From positions 53,694,001 to 53,758,000 of the forward strand of contig CM059438.1 in NCBI GenBank assembly GCA_030390025.1: a stretch of 64,000 nucleotides of DNA, read 5' to 3'. Shown here piece after piece: positions 14,001 to 29,600 of the stretch (position 1 is its first letter; every line of letters starts with the position of its first letter). Below the pieces are notes generated by a model that made no database searches, was not told where the DNA came from, and saw nothing but the letters and a program-made list of their open reading frames with translations. Both the position numbers and the translations under genes were made by a program. Source of the stretch: Squalus acanthias. Lineage: Eukaryota.

Positions 14001-17000
14001 CCTCACTGATTGATTGATCCTCTCCTCATTGATTGATTGATCCTCACTGATTGATTGATTGATCTTCACTGATGGATTGATCCTCACTAATTGATTGATC
14101 CTCTCCTCATTGATTGGTTGATCCTTTCCTCATTGATTGATTGATCGAGCCTCATTGATTGATTGATCCTCACTGATTGATTGATCCTCTCCTCATTGAT
14201 TGCTGGATCCTCTCCTCACTGATTGATTGATCGATCCTCATTGATTGATTGATCCTCACTGATTGATTAATCCTCTCCTCATTGATTGATTGATCCTCTC
14301 CTCACTGTTTGATTGATCGATCCTCATTGATTTATTGATCCTCATCTCACTGATTGATTGATCGATCCTCACTGATTGATTGATCCTCTCCTCACTGATT
14401 GATTGATCCTCACTGATTGATTGATCCTCTCCTCATTGATTGATTGATCCTCACTGATTGATTGATTGATCCTCACTGATTGATTGATCCGCACTGATTG
14501 ATTGATCCTCTCCTCATTGATTGATTGATCCTCACTGATTGATTGATTGATCCTCTCCACTTTGATTGATTGATCCTCATTGATTGATCGATCCTCATTG
14601 ATTGATTGATCCTCATTGATTGATTGATCCTCACTGATTGATTGATCGATCCTCATTGATTTATTGATTGATCCTGACTGATTGATTGATCCTCTCCTCA
14701 TTGATTGATTGATCCTCACTGATTGATTGATCCTCTACTCATTGATTGATCGATCCTCACTGATTGATTGATCCTCTCCTCATTGATTGATTGATCCTCA
14801 CTGATTGATTGATACTCTCCTCATTGATTGATTGATTCTCACTGATTGATTGATCCTCTCCTCATTGATTGATTGATCCTCACTGATTGATTGATCCTCT
14901 ACTCATTGATTGATTGATCCTCACTGATTGATTGATTGATCTTCACTGATGGATTGATCCTCATTGATTGATTGATCCTCACTGATTGTTTGATCCTCTC
15001 CTCATTGATTGATTGATCCTCTCCTCACTGATTGATTTATCGATCCTCATTGATTGATTGATCCTCACTGATTGATTGATCCACTCCTCATTGATTGATT
15101 GATCCTCTCCTCACTGTTTGATTGATCGATCCGCATTGATTTAGTGATTGATACGATCCTCATTGATTGGTTGATCCTCTCCTCACTGATTGATTGATCG
15201 ATCCTCATTGATTGATTGATTGATCATCACTGTTTGATTGATCGATCCTCATTGATTGATTGATTGATCATCACTGTTTGATTGATCGATCCTCATTGAT
15301 TTATTGATTAATCCTCTCCTCATTGATTGATTGATCCTCTCCTCATTGATTGATCCTCTCCTCACTGATTGATTGATCGATCCTCACTGATTGATTTATC
15401 CTCTCCTCACTGATTGATTGATCCTCACTGATTGATTGATTTATCCTCACTGATTGATTGATCCTCTCCTCATTGATTGATTGATCCTCACTGATTGATT
15501 GATTGATCCTCACTGATTGATTGATCCTCACTGATTGATTGATCCTCTCCTCATTGATTGATTGATCCTCACTGATTGATTGATCGATCCTCATTGATTG
15601 ATCAATCCTCATTGATTGATTGATTGATCCTCTCCTCATTGATTGATTGATCATCATTGATTGATTGATCCTCTCCTCATTGATTGATTGATCCTCACTG
15701 ATTGATTGATCCTCTGCTCATTGATTGATCCTCATTCATTGATTGATCCTCTACTCCCTGATTGATTGATCCTCACTGATTGATTGATCCTCTCCTCACT
15801 GATTGATTGATCCTCATTGATTGATTGATCCACATTGATTGATTGATCCTCACTGATTGATTGATCCTCTCCTCACTGATTGATTGATCCTCATTGATTG
15901 ATTGATCCTCAATGATTGATTGATCCTCACTGATTGATTGATCCTCTGCTCATTGATTGATTGATCCTCATTGATTGATTGATCCTCTCCTCATTGATTG
16001 ATCCTCACTGATTGATTGATCCTCTCACTGATTGATTGATTGATCTTCATTGATTGATTGATCCTCTCCTCGTTGATTGATTGATCCTCACTGATTGATT
16101 GATCCTCTGCTCATTGATTGATTGATCGATCCTCACTGATTGATTGATGATCCTCATTGATTGATTGATTGATCCTCTCCTCATTGATTGATTGATCCTC
16201 ACTGATTGATTGATCCTCACTGATTGATTGATCCTCTCCTTATTGATTGATTGATCCTCACTGATTGATTGATCCTCACTGATTGATTGATCCTTTCGTC
16301 ATTGATTGATTGCCCCTCACTGATTGATTGATCCTCTCATTGAGTGATTGATCGAACCTCACTGATTGATTGATCCTCTCATTGATTGATTGATCGAACC
16401 TCACTGATTGATTGATCCTCTCATTGATTGATTGATCGAACCTCACTGATTGATTGATCCTCTCCTTATTGATTGATTGATCCTCACTGATTGATTGATC
16501 CTCACTGATTGGTTGATCCTCTCCTCATTGATTGATTGATCCTCACTGATTGATTGATCCTCTCCTCATTGATTGATTGATTGATTGATCCTCTTTGATT
16601 GTACCTCTCCTCACTGACTGATTGATCCTCATTGATTGATTGATCTTCACTGATTGATTGATTCTCTCCTCATTGATTGATTGATCCTCATTGATTGATT
16701 GATCTTCACTGATTGATTGATCCTCTCCTCATTGATTGATTGATCCTCACTGATTGATTGATCCTCTCCTCATTGATTGATTGATCCTCTCCTCACTGTT
16801 TGATTGATCGATCCGCATTGATTTAGTGATTGATACGATCCTCATTGATTGGTTGATCCTCTCCTCACTGATTGATTGATCGATCCTCATTGATTGATTG
16901 ATTGATTGATCATCACTGTTTGATTGATCGATCCTCATTGATTTATTGATTAATCCTCTCCTCATTGATTGATTGATCCTCTCCTCATTGATTGATCCTC

Positions 17001-20000
17001 TCCTCACTGATTGATTGATCGATCCTCACTGATTGATTTATCCTCTCCTCACTGATTGATTGATCCTCACTGATTGATTGATTTATCCTCACTGATTGAT
17101 TGATCCTCTCCTCATTGATTGATTGATCCTCACTGATTGATTGATTGATCCTCACTGATTGATTGATCCTCACTGATTGATTGATCCTCTCCTCATTGAT
17201 TGATTGATCCTCACTGATTGATTGATCTGCACTGATTGAATGATCCTCTCCTCATTGATTGATTGATCCACACTGATTGATTGATTGATCCTCTCCACTT
17301 TGATTGATTGATCCTCATTGATTGATCGTTCCTCATTGATTGATTGATCCTCACTGATTGATTGATTGATCCTCACTGATTGATTGATCGATCCTCATTG
17401 ATTTATTGATTGATCATCACTCATTGATTGATCGATCCTCATTGATTTATTGATTGATCCTCTCCTCATTGATTGATTGATCCTCACTGATTGATTGATC
17501 CTCTCCTCATTGATTGATTGATCCTCACTGATTGATTGATCGATCCTCATTGATTTATTGATTGATCCTCTCCTCATTGATTGATTGATCCTCACTGATT
17601 GATTGATCCTCTCCTCATTGATTGATTGATCCTCACTGATTGATTGATCGATCCTCATTGATTGATCAATCCTCATTGATTGATTGATCCTCTCCTCACT
17701 GATTGATTGATTGATCCTCTCCTCATTGATTGATTGATCATCATTGATTGATTGATCCTCTCCTCATTGATTGATTGATCCTCACTGATTGATTGATCCT
17801 CTGCTCATTGATTGATCCTCATTCATTGATTGATCCTCTACTCCCTGATTGATTGATCCTCACTGATTGATTGATCCTCTCCTCACTGATTGATTGATCC
17901 TCACTGATTGATTGATCCTCACTGATTGATTGATCCTTTCGTCATTGATTGATTGCCCCTCACTGATTGATTGATCCTCTCATTGATTGATTGATCGAAC
18001 CTCACTGATTGATTGATCCTCTCATTGATTGATTGATCGAACCTCACTGATTGATTGATCCTCTCCTTATTGATTGATTGATCCTCACTGATTGATTGAT
18101 CCTCACTGATTGGTTGATCCTCTCCTCATTGATTGATTGATCCTCACTGATTGATTGATCCTCTCCTCATTGATTGATTGATTGATTGATCCTCTTTGAT
18201 TGTACCTCTCCTCACTGACTGATTGATCCTCATTGATTGATTGATCTTCACTGATTGATTGATTCTCTCCTCATTGATTGATTGATCCTCATTGATTGAT
18301 TGATCTTCACTGATTGATTGATCCTCTCCTCATTGATTGATTGATCCTCACTGATTGATTGATCCTCTCCTCATTGATTGATTGATCCTCTCCTCACTGT
18401 TTGATTGATCGATCCGCATTGATTTAGTGATTGATACGATCCTCATTGATTGGTTGATCCTCTCCTCACTGATTGATTGATCGATCCTCATTGATTGATT
18501 GATTGATTGATCATCACTGTTTGATTGATCGATCCTCATTGATTTATTGATTAATCCTCTCCTCATTGATTGATTGATCCTCTCCTCATTGATTGATCCT
18601 CTCCTCACTGATTGATTGATCGATCCTCACTGATTGATTTATCCTCTCCTCACTGATTGATTGATCCTCACTGATTGATTGATTTATCCTCACTGATTGA
18701 TTGATCCTCTCCTCATTGATTGATTGATCCTCACTGATTGATTGATTGATCCTCACTGATTGATTGATCCTCTCCTCATTGATTGATTGATCCTCACTGA
18801 TTGATTGATTGATCTTCACTGATGGATTGATCCTCACTGATTGATTGATCCTCTCCTCATTGATTGGTTGATCCTTTCCTCATTGATTGATTGATCGAGC
18901 CTCATTGATTGATTGATCCTCACTGATTGATTGATCCTCTCCTCATTGATTGATTGATCCTCACTGATTGATTGATTGATCTTCACTGATGGATTGATCC
19001 TCACTAATTGATTGATCCTCTCCTCATTGATTGGTTGATCCTTTCCTCATTGATTGATTGATCGAGCCTCATTGATTGATTGATCCTCACTGATTGATTG
19101 ATCCTCTCCTCATTGATTGCTGGATCCTCTCCTCACTGATTGATTGATCGATCCTCATTGATTGATTGATCCTCACTGATTGATTAATCCTCTCCTCATT
19201 GATTGATTGATCCTCTCCTCACTGTTTGATTGATCGATCCTCATTGATTTATTGATCCTCATCTCACTGATTGATTGATCGATCCTCACTGATTGATTGA
19301 TCCTCTCCTCACTGATTGATTGATCCTCACTGATTGATTGATCCTCTCCTCATTGATTGATTGATCCTCACTGATTGATTGATTGATCCTCACTGATTGA
19401 TTGATCCGCACTGATTGATTGATCCTCTCCTCATTGATTGATTGATCCTCACTGATTGATTGATTGATCCTCTCCACTTTGATTGATTGATCCTCATTGA
19501 TTGATCGATCCTCATTGATTGATTGATCCTCATTGATTGATTGATCCTCACTGATTGATTGATCGATCCTCATTGATTTATTGATTGATCCTGACTGATT
19601 GATTGATCCTCTCCTCATTGATTGATTGATCCTCACTGATTGATTGATCCTCTACTCATTGATTGATCGATCCTCACTGATTGATTGATCCTCTCCTCAT
19701 TGATTGATTGATCCTCACTGATTGATTGATACTCTCCTCATTGATTGATTGATTCTCACTGATTGATTGATCCTCTCCTCATTGATTGATTGATCCTCAC
19801 TGATTGATTGATCCTCTACTCATTGATTGATTGATCCTCACTGATTGATTGATTGATCTTCACTGATGGATTGATCCTCATTGATTGATTGATCCTCACT
19901 GATTGTTTGATCCTCTCCTCATTGATTGATTGATCCTCTCCTCACTGATTGATTTATCGATCCTCATTGATTGATTGATCCTCACTGATTGATTGATCCA

Positions 20001-23000
20001 CTCCTCATTGATTGATTGATCCTCTCCTCACTGTTTGATTGATCGATCCGCATTGATTTAGTGATTGATACGATCCTCATTGATTGGTTGATCCTCTCCT
20101 CACTGATTGATTGATCGATCCTCATTGATTGATTGATTGATCATCACTGTTTGATTGATCGATCCTCATTGATTGATTGATTGATCATCACTGTTTGATT
20201 GATCGATCCTCATTGATTTATTGATTAATCCTCTCCTCATTGATTGATTGATCCTCTCCTCATTGATTGATCCTCTCCTCACTGATTGATTGATCGATCC
20301 TCACTGATTGATTTATCCTCTCCTCACTGATTGATTGATCCTCACTGATTGATTGATTTATCCTCACTGATTGATTGATCCTCTCCTCATTGATTGATTG
20401 ATCCTCACTGATTGATTGATTGATCCTCACTGATTGATTGATCCTCACTGATTGATTGATCCTCTCCTCATTGATTGATTGATCCTCACTGATTGATTGA
20501 TCGATCCTCATTGATTGATCAATCCTCATTGATTGATTGATTGATCCTCTCCTCATTGATTGATTGATCATCATTGATTGATTGATCCTCTCCTCATTGA
20601 TTGATTGATCCTCACTGATTGATTGATCCTCTGCTCATTGATTGATCCTCATTCATTGATTGATCCTCTACTCCCTGATTGATTGATCCTCACTGATTGA
20701 TTGATCCTCTCCTCACTGATTGATTGATCCTCATTGATTGATTGATCCACATTGATTGATTGATCCTCACTGATTGATTGATCCTCTCCTCACTGATTGA
20801 TTGATCCTCATTGATTGATTGATCCTCAATGATTGATTGATCCTCACTGATTGATTGATCCTCTGCTCATTGATTGATTGATCCTCATTGATTGATTGAT
20901 CCTCTCCTCATTGATTGATCCTCACTGATTGATTGATCCTCTCACTGATTGATTGATTGATCTTCATTGATTGATTGATCCTCTCCTCGTTGATTGATTG
21001 ATCCTCACTGATTGATTGATCCTCTGCTCATTGATTGATTGATCGATCCTCACTGATTGATTGATGATCCTCATTGATTGATTGATTGATCCTCTCCTCA
21101 TTGATTGATTGATCCTCACTGATTGATTGATCCTCACTGATTGATTGATCCTCTCCTTATTGATTGATTGATCCTCACTGATTGATTGATCCTCACTGAT
21201 TGATTGATCCTTTCGTCATTGATTGATTGCCCCTCACTGATTGATTGATCCTCTCATTGAGTGATTGATCGAACCTCACTGATTGATTGATCCTCTCATT
21301 GATTGATTGATCGAACCTCACTGATTGATTGATCCTCTCATTGATTGATTGATCGAACCTCACTGATTGATTGATCCTCTCCTTATTGATTGATTGATCC
21401 TCACTGATTGATTGATCCTCACTGATTGGTTGATCCTCTCCTCATTGATTGATTGATCCTCACTGATTGATTGATCCTCTCCTCATTGATTGATTGATTG
21501 ATTGATCCTCTTTGATTGTACCTCTCCTCACTGACTGATTGATCCTCATTGATTGATTGATCTTCACTGATTGATTGATTCTCTCCTCATTGATTGATTG
21601 ATCCTCATTGATTGATTGATCTTCACTGATTGATTGATCCTCTCCTCATTGATTGATTGATCCTCACTGATTGATTGATCCTCTCCTCATTGATTGATTG
21701 ATCCTCTCCTCACTGTTTGATTGATCGATCCGCATTGATTTAGTGATTGATACGATCCTCATTGATTGGTTGATCCTCTCCTCACTGATTGATTGATCGA
21801 TCCTCATTGATTGATTGATTGATTGATCATCACTGTTTGATTGATCGATCCTCATTGATTTATTGATTAATCCTCTCCTCATTGATTGATTGATCCTCTC
21901 CTCATTGATTGATCCTCTCCTCACTGATTGATTGATCGATCCTCACTGATTGATTTATCCTCTCCTCACTGATTGATTGATCCTCACTGATTGATTGATT
22001 TATCCTCACTGATTGATTGATCCTCTCCTCATTGATTGATTGATCCTCACTGATTGATTGATTGATCCTCACTGATTGATTGATCCTCACTGATTGATTG
22101 ATCCTCTCCTCATTGATTGATTGATCCTCACTGATTGATTGATCTGCACTGATTGAATGATCCTCTCCTCATTGATTGATTGATCCACACTGATTGATTG
22201 ATTGATCCTCTCCACTTTGATTGATTGATCCTCATTGATTGATCGTTCCTCATTGATTGATTGATCCTCACTGATTGATTGATTGATCCTCACTGATTGA
22301 TTGATCGATCCTCATTGATTTATTGATTGATCATCACTCATTGATTGATCGATCCTCATTGATTTATTGATTGATCCTCTCCTCATTGATTGATTGATCC
22401 TCACTGATTGATTGATCCTCTCCTCATTGATTGATTGATCCTCACTGATTGATTGATCGATCCTCATTGATTTATTGATTGATCCTCTCCTCATTGATTG
22501 ATTGATCCTCACTGATTGATTGATCCTCTCCTCATTGATTGATTGATCCTCACTGATTGATTGATCGATCCTCATTGATTGATCAATCCTCATTGATTGA
22601 TTGATCCTCTCCTCACTGATTGATTGATTGATCCTCTCCTCATTGATTGATTGATCATCATTGATTGATTGATCCTCTCCTCATTGATTGATTGATCCTC
22701 ACTGATTGATTGATCCTCTGCTCATTGATTGATCCTCATTCATTGATTGATCCTCTACTCCCTGATTGATTGATCCTCACTGATTGATTGATCCTCTCCT
22801 CACTGATTGATTGATCCTCACTGATTGATTGATCCTCACTGATTGATTGATCCTTTCGTCATTGATTGATTGCCCCTCACTGATTGATTGATCCTCTCAT
22901 TGATTGATTGATCGAACCTCACTGATTGATTGATCCTCTCATTGATTGATTGATCGAACCTCACTGATTGATTGATCCTCTCCTTATTGATTGATTGATC

Positions 23001-23680
23001 CTCACTGATTGATTGATCCTCACTGATTGGTTGATCCTCTCCTCATTGATTGATTGATCCTCACTGATTGATTGATCCTCTCCTCATTGATTGATTGATT
23101 GATTGATCCTCTTTGATTGTACCTCTCCTCACTGACTGATTGATCCTCATTGATTGATTGATCTTCACTGATTGATTGATTCTCTCCTCATTGATTGATT
23201 GATCCTCATTGATTGATTGATCTTCACTGATTGATTGATCCTCTCCTCATTGATTGATTGATCCTCACTGATTGATTGATCCTCTCCTCATTGATTGATT
23301 GATCCTCTCCTCACTGTTTGATTGATCGATCCGCATTGATTTAGTGATTGATACGATCCTCATTGATTGGTTGATCCTCTCCTCACTGATTGATTGATCG
23401 ATCCTCATTGATTGATTGATTGATTGATCATCACTGTTTGATTGATCGATCCTCATTGATTTATTGATTAATCCTCTCCTCATTGATTGATTGATCCTCT
23501 CCTCATTGATTGATCCTCTCCTCACTGATTGATTGATCGATCCTCACTGATTGATTTATCCTCTCCTCACTGATTGATTGATCCTCACTGATTGATTGAT
23601 TTATCCTCACTGATTGATTGATCCTCTCCTCATTGATTGATTGATCCTCACTGATTGATTGATTGATCCTCACTGATTGA
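13850..23680. repeat. Tandem duplication of 4,917 bp within the satellite
   Basis: ORF-track offsets 14369/19286, 15343/20260, 16747/21664 and 18348/23265 all equal 4917. Rare variants cactaattg (~14086/19003) and ttgagtgattg (~16340/21257) are shared by both copies. Confidence 0.9.
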
Positions 23681-26600
23681 TTGATCCTCACTGATTGATT
23701 GATCCTCTCCTCATTGATTGATTGATCCTCACTGATTGATTGATCTGCACTGATTGAATGATCCTCTCCTCATTGATTGATTGATCCACACTGATTGATT
23801 GATTGATCCTCTCCACTTTGATTGATTGATCCTCATTGATTGATCGTTCCTCATTGATTGATTGATCCTCACTGATTGATTGATTGATCCTCACTGATTG
23901 ATTGATCGATCCTCATTGATTTATTGATTGATCATCACTCATTGATTGATCGATCCTCATTGATTTATTGATTGATCCTCTCCTCATTGATTGATTGATC
24001 CTCACTGATTGATTGATCCTCTCCTCATTGATTGATTGATCCTCACTGATTGATTGATCGATCCTCATTGATTTATTGATTGATCCTCTCCTCATTGATT
24101 GATTGATCCTCACTGATTGATTGATCCTCTCCTCATTGATTGATTGATCCTCACTGATTGATTGATCGATCCTCATTGATTGATCAATCCTCATTGATTG
24201 ATTGATCCTCTCCTCACTGATTGATTGATTGATCCTCTCCTCATTGATTGATTGATCATCATTGATTGATTGATCCTCTCCTCATTGATTGATTGATCCT
24301 CACTGATTGATTGATCCTCTGCTCATTGATTGATCCTCATTCATTGATTGATCCTCTACTCCCTGATTGATTGATCCTCACTGATTGATTGATCCTCTCC
24401 TCACTGATTGATTGATCCTCATTGATTGATTGATCCATATTGATTGATTGATCCTCACTGATTGATTGATCCTCTCCTCACTGATTGATTGATCCTCATT
24501 GATTGATTGATCCTCAATGATTGATTGATCCTCACTGATTGATTGATCCTCTGCTCATTGATTGATTGATCCTCATTGATTGATTGATCCTCTCCTCATT
24601 GATTGATCCTCACTGATTGATTGATCCTCTCACTGATTGATTGATTGATCTTCATTGATTGATTGATCCTCTCCTCGTTGATTGATTGATCCTCACTGAT
24701 TGATTGATCCTCTGCTCATTGATTGATTGATCCTCACTGATTGATTGATTTATCCTCACTGATTGATTGATCCTCTCCTCATTGATTGATTGATCCTCAC
24801 TGATTGATTGATTGATCCTCACTGATTGATTGATCCTCACTGATTGATTGATCCTCTCCTCATTGATTGATTGATCCTCACTGATTGATTGATCTGCACT
24901 GATTGAATGATCCTCTCCTCATTGATTGATTGATCCACACTGATTGATTGATTGATCCTCTCCACTTTGATTGATTGATCCTCATTGATTGATCGTTCCT
25001 CATTGATTGATTGATCCTCACTGATTGATTGATTGATCCTCACTGATTGATTGATCGATCCTCATTGATTTATTGATTGATCATCACTCATTGATTGATC
25101 GATCCTCATTGATTTATTGATTGATCCTCTCCTCATTGATTGATTGATCCTCACTGATTGATTGATCCTCTCCTCATTGATTGATTGATCCTCACTGATT
25201 GATTGATCGATCCTCATTGATTTATTGATTGATCCTCTCCTCATTGATTGATTGATCCTCACTGATTGATTGATCCTCTCCTCATTGATTGATTGATCCT
25301 CACTGATTGATTGATCGATCCTCATTGATTGATCAATCCTCATTGATTGATTGATTGATCCTCTCCTCATTGATTGATTGATCATCATTGATTGATTGAT
25401 CCTCTCCTCATTGATTGATTGATCCTCACTGATTGATTGATCCTCTGCTCATTGATTGATCCTCATTCATTGATTGATCCTCTACTCCCTGATTGATTGA
25501 TCCTCACTGATTGATTGATCCTCTCCTCACTGATTGATTGATCCTCATTGATTGATTGATCCACATTGACTGATTGATCCTCACTGATTGATTGATCCTC
25601 TCCTCACTGATTGATTGATCCTCATTGATTGATTGATCCTCAATGATTGATTGATCCTCACTGATTGATTGATCCTCTGCTCATTGATTGATTGATCCTC
25701 ATTGATTGATTGATCCTCTCCTCATTGATTGATCCTCACTGATTGATTGATCCTCTCACTGATTGATTGATTGATCTTCATTGATTGATTGATCCTCTCC
25801 TCGTTGATTGATTGATCCTCACTGATTGATTGATCCTCTGCTCATTGATTGATTGATCGATCCTCACTGATTGATTGATGATCCTCATTGATTGATTGAT
25901 TGATCCTCTCCTCATTGATTGATTGATCCTCACTGATTGATTGATCCTCACTGATTGATTGATCCTCTCCTTATTGATTGATTGATCCTCACTGATTGAT
26001 TGATCCTCACTGATTGATTGATCCTTTCGTCATTGATTGATTGCCCCTCACTGATTGATTGATCCTCTCATTGATTGATTGATCGAACCTCACTGATTGA
26101 TTGATCCTCTCATTGATTGATTGATCGAACCTCACTGATTGATTGATCCTCTCATTGATTGATTGATCGAACCTCACTGATTGATTGATCCTCTCCTTAT
26201 TGATTGATTGATCCTCATTGATTGATTGATCCTCACTGATTGGTTGATCCTCTCCTCATTGATTGATTGATCCTCACTGATTGATTGATCCTCTCCTCAT
26301 TGATTGATTGATTGATTGATCCTCTTTGATTGTACCTCTCCTCACTGACTGATTGATCCTCATTGATTGATTGATCTTCACTGATTGATTGATTCTCTCC
26401 TCATTGATTGATTGATCCTCATTGATTGATTGATCTTCACTGATTGATTGATCCTCTCCTCATTGATTGATTGATCCTCACTGATTGATTGATCCTCTCC
26501 TCATTGATTGATTGATCCTCTCCTCACTGTTTGATTGATCGATCCGCATTGATTTAGTGATTGATACGATCCTCATTGATTGGTTGATCCTCTCCTCACT

Positions 26601-29600
26601 GATTGATTGATCGATCCTCATTGATTGATTGATTGATCATCACTGTTTGATTGATCGATCCTCATTGATTTATTGATTAATCCTCTCCTCATTGATTGAT
26701 TGATCCTCTCCTCATTGATTGATCCTCTCCTCACTGATTGATTGATCGATCCTCACTGATTGATTGATCCTCTCCTCATTGATTGCTGGATCCTCTCCTC
26801 ACTGATTGATTGATCGATCCTCATTGATTGATTGATCCTCACTGATTGATTAATCCTCTCCTCATTGATTGATTGATCCTCACCTCACTGTTTGATTGAT
26901 CGATCCTCATTGATTTATTGATCCTCATCTCACTGATTGATTGATCGATCCTCACTGATTGATTGATCCTCTCCTCACTGATTGATTGATCCTCACTGAT
27001 TGATTGATCCTCTCCTCATTGATTGATTGATCCTCACTGATTGATTGATTGATCCTCACTGATTGATTGATCCGCACTGATTGATTGATCCTCTCCTCAT
27101 TGATTGATTGATCCTCACTGATTGATTGATTGATCCTCTCCACTTTGATTGATTGATCCTCATTGATTGATCGATCCTCATTGATTGATTGATCCTCATT
27201 GATTGATTGATCCTCACTGATTGATTGATCGATCCTCATTGATTTATTGATTGATCCTGACTGATTGATTGATCCTCTCCTCATTGATTGATTGATCCTC
27301 ACTGATTGATTGATCCTCTACTCATTGATTGATCGATCCTCACTGATTGATTGATCCTCTCCTCATTGATTGATTGATCCTCACTGATTGATTGATACTC
27401 TCCTCATTGATTGATTGATTCTCACTGATTGATTGATTGATCCTCACTGATTGATTGATCCTCACTGATTGATTGATCCTCTACTCATTGATTGATTGAT
27501 CCTCACTGATTGATTGATTGATCTTCACTGATTGATTGATCCTCTGCTCATTGATTGATCCTCATTCATTGATTGATCCTCTACTCCCTGATTGATTGAT
27601 CCTCACTGATTGATTGATCCTCTCCTCACTGATTGATTGATCCTCACTGATTGATTGATCCTCACTGATTGATTGATCCTTTCGTCATTGATTGATTGCC
27701 CCTCACTGATTGATTGATCCTCTCATTGATTGATTGATCGAACCTCACTGATTGATTGATCCTCTCATTGATTGATTGATCGAACCTCACTGATTGATTG
27801 ATCCTCTCCTTATTGATTGATTGATCCTCACTGATTGATTGATCCTCACTGATTGGTTGATCCTCTCCTCATTGATTGATTGATCCTCACTGATTGATTG
27901 ATCCTCTCCTCATTGATTGATTGATTGATTGATCCTCTTTGATTGTACCTCTCCTCACTGACTGATTGATCCTCATTGATTGATTGATCTTCACTGATTG
28001 ATTGATTCTCTCCTCATTGATTGATTGATCCTCATTGATTGATTGATCTTCACTGATTGATTGATCCTCTCCTCATTGATTGATTGATCCTCACTGATTG
28101 ATTGATCCTCTCCTCATTGATTGATTGATCCTCTCCTCACTGTTTGATTGATCGATCCGCATTGATTTAGTGATTGATACGATCCTCATTGATTGGTTGA
28201 TCCTCTCCTCACTGATTGATTGATCGATCCTCATTGATTGATTGATTGATTGATCATCACTGTTTGATTGATCGATCCTCATTGATTTATTGATTAATCC
28301 TCTCCTCATTGATTGATTGATCCTCTCCTCATTGATTGATCCTCTCCTCACTGATTGATTGATCGATCCTCACTGATTGATTTATCCTCTCCTCACTGAT
28401 TGATTGATCCTCACTGATTGATTGATTTATCCTCACTGATTGATTGATCCTCTCCTCATTGATTGATTGATCCTCACTGATTGATTGATTGATCCTCACT
28501 GATTGATTGATCCTCACTGATTGATTGATCCTCTCCTCATTGATTGATTGATCCTCACTGATTGATTGATCTGCACTGATTGAATGATCCTCTCCTCATT
28601 GATTGATTGATCCACACTGATTGATTGATTGATTCTCTCCACTTTGATTGATTGATCCTCATTGATTGATCGTTCCTCATTGATTGATTGATCCTCACTG
28701 ATTGATTGATTGATCCTCACTGATTGATTGATCGATCCTCATTGATTTATTGATTGATCATCACTCATTGATTGATCGATCCTCATTGATTTATTGATTG
28801 ATCCTCTCCTCATTGATTGATTGATCCTCACTGATTGATTGATCCTCTCCTCATTGATTGATTGATCCTCACTGATTGATTGATCGATCCTCATTGATTT
28901 ATTGATTGATCCTCTCCTCATTGATTGATTGATCCTCACTGATTGATTGATCCTCTCCTCATTGATTGATTGATCCTCACTGATTGATTGATCGATCCTC
29001 ATTGATTGATCAATCCTCATTGATTGATTGATCCTCTCCTCACTGATTGATTGATTGATCCTCTCCTCATTGATTGATTGATCATCATTGATTGATTGAT
29101 CCTCTCCTCATTGATTGATTGATCCTCACTGATTGATTGATCCTCTGCTCATTGATTGATCCTCATTCATTGATTGATCCTCTACTCCCTGATTGATTGA
29201 TCCTCACTGATTGATTGATCCTCTCCTCACTGATTGATTGATCCTCATTGATTGATTGATCCACATTGATTGATTGATCCTCACTGATTGATTGATCCTC
29301 TCCTCACTGATTGATTGATCCTCATTGATTGATTGATCCTCAATGATTGATTGATCCTCACTGATTGATTGATCCTCTGCTCATTGATTGATTGATCCTC
29401 ATTGATTGATTGATCCTCTCCTCATTGATTGATCCTCACTGATTGATTGATCCTCTCACTGATTGATTGATTGATCTTCATTGATTGATTGATCCTCTCC
29501 TCGTTGATTGATTGATCCTCACTGATTGATTGATCCTCTGCTCATTGATTGATTGATCCTCACTGATTGATTGATTTATCCTCACTGATTGATTGATCCT

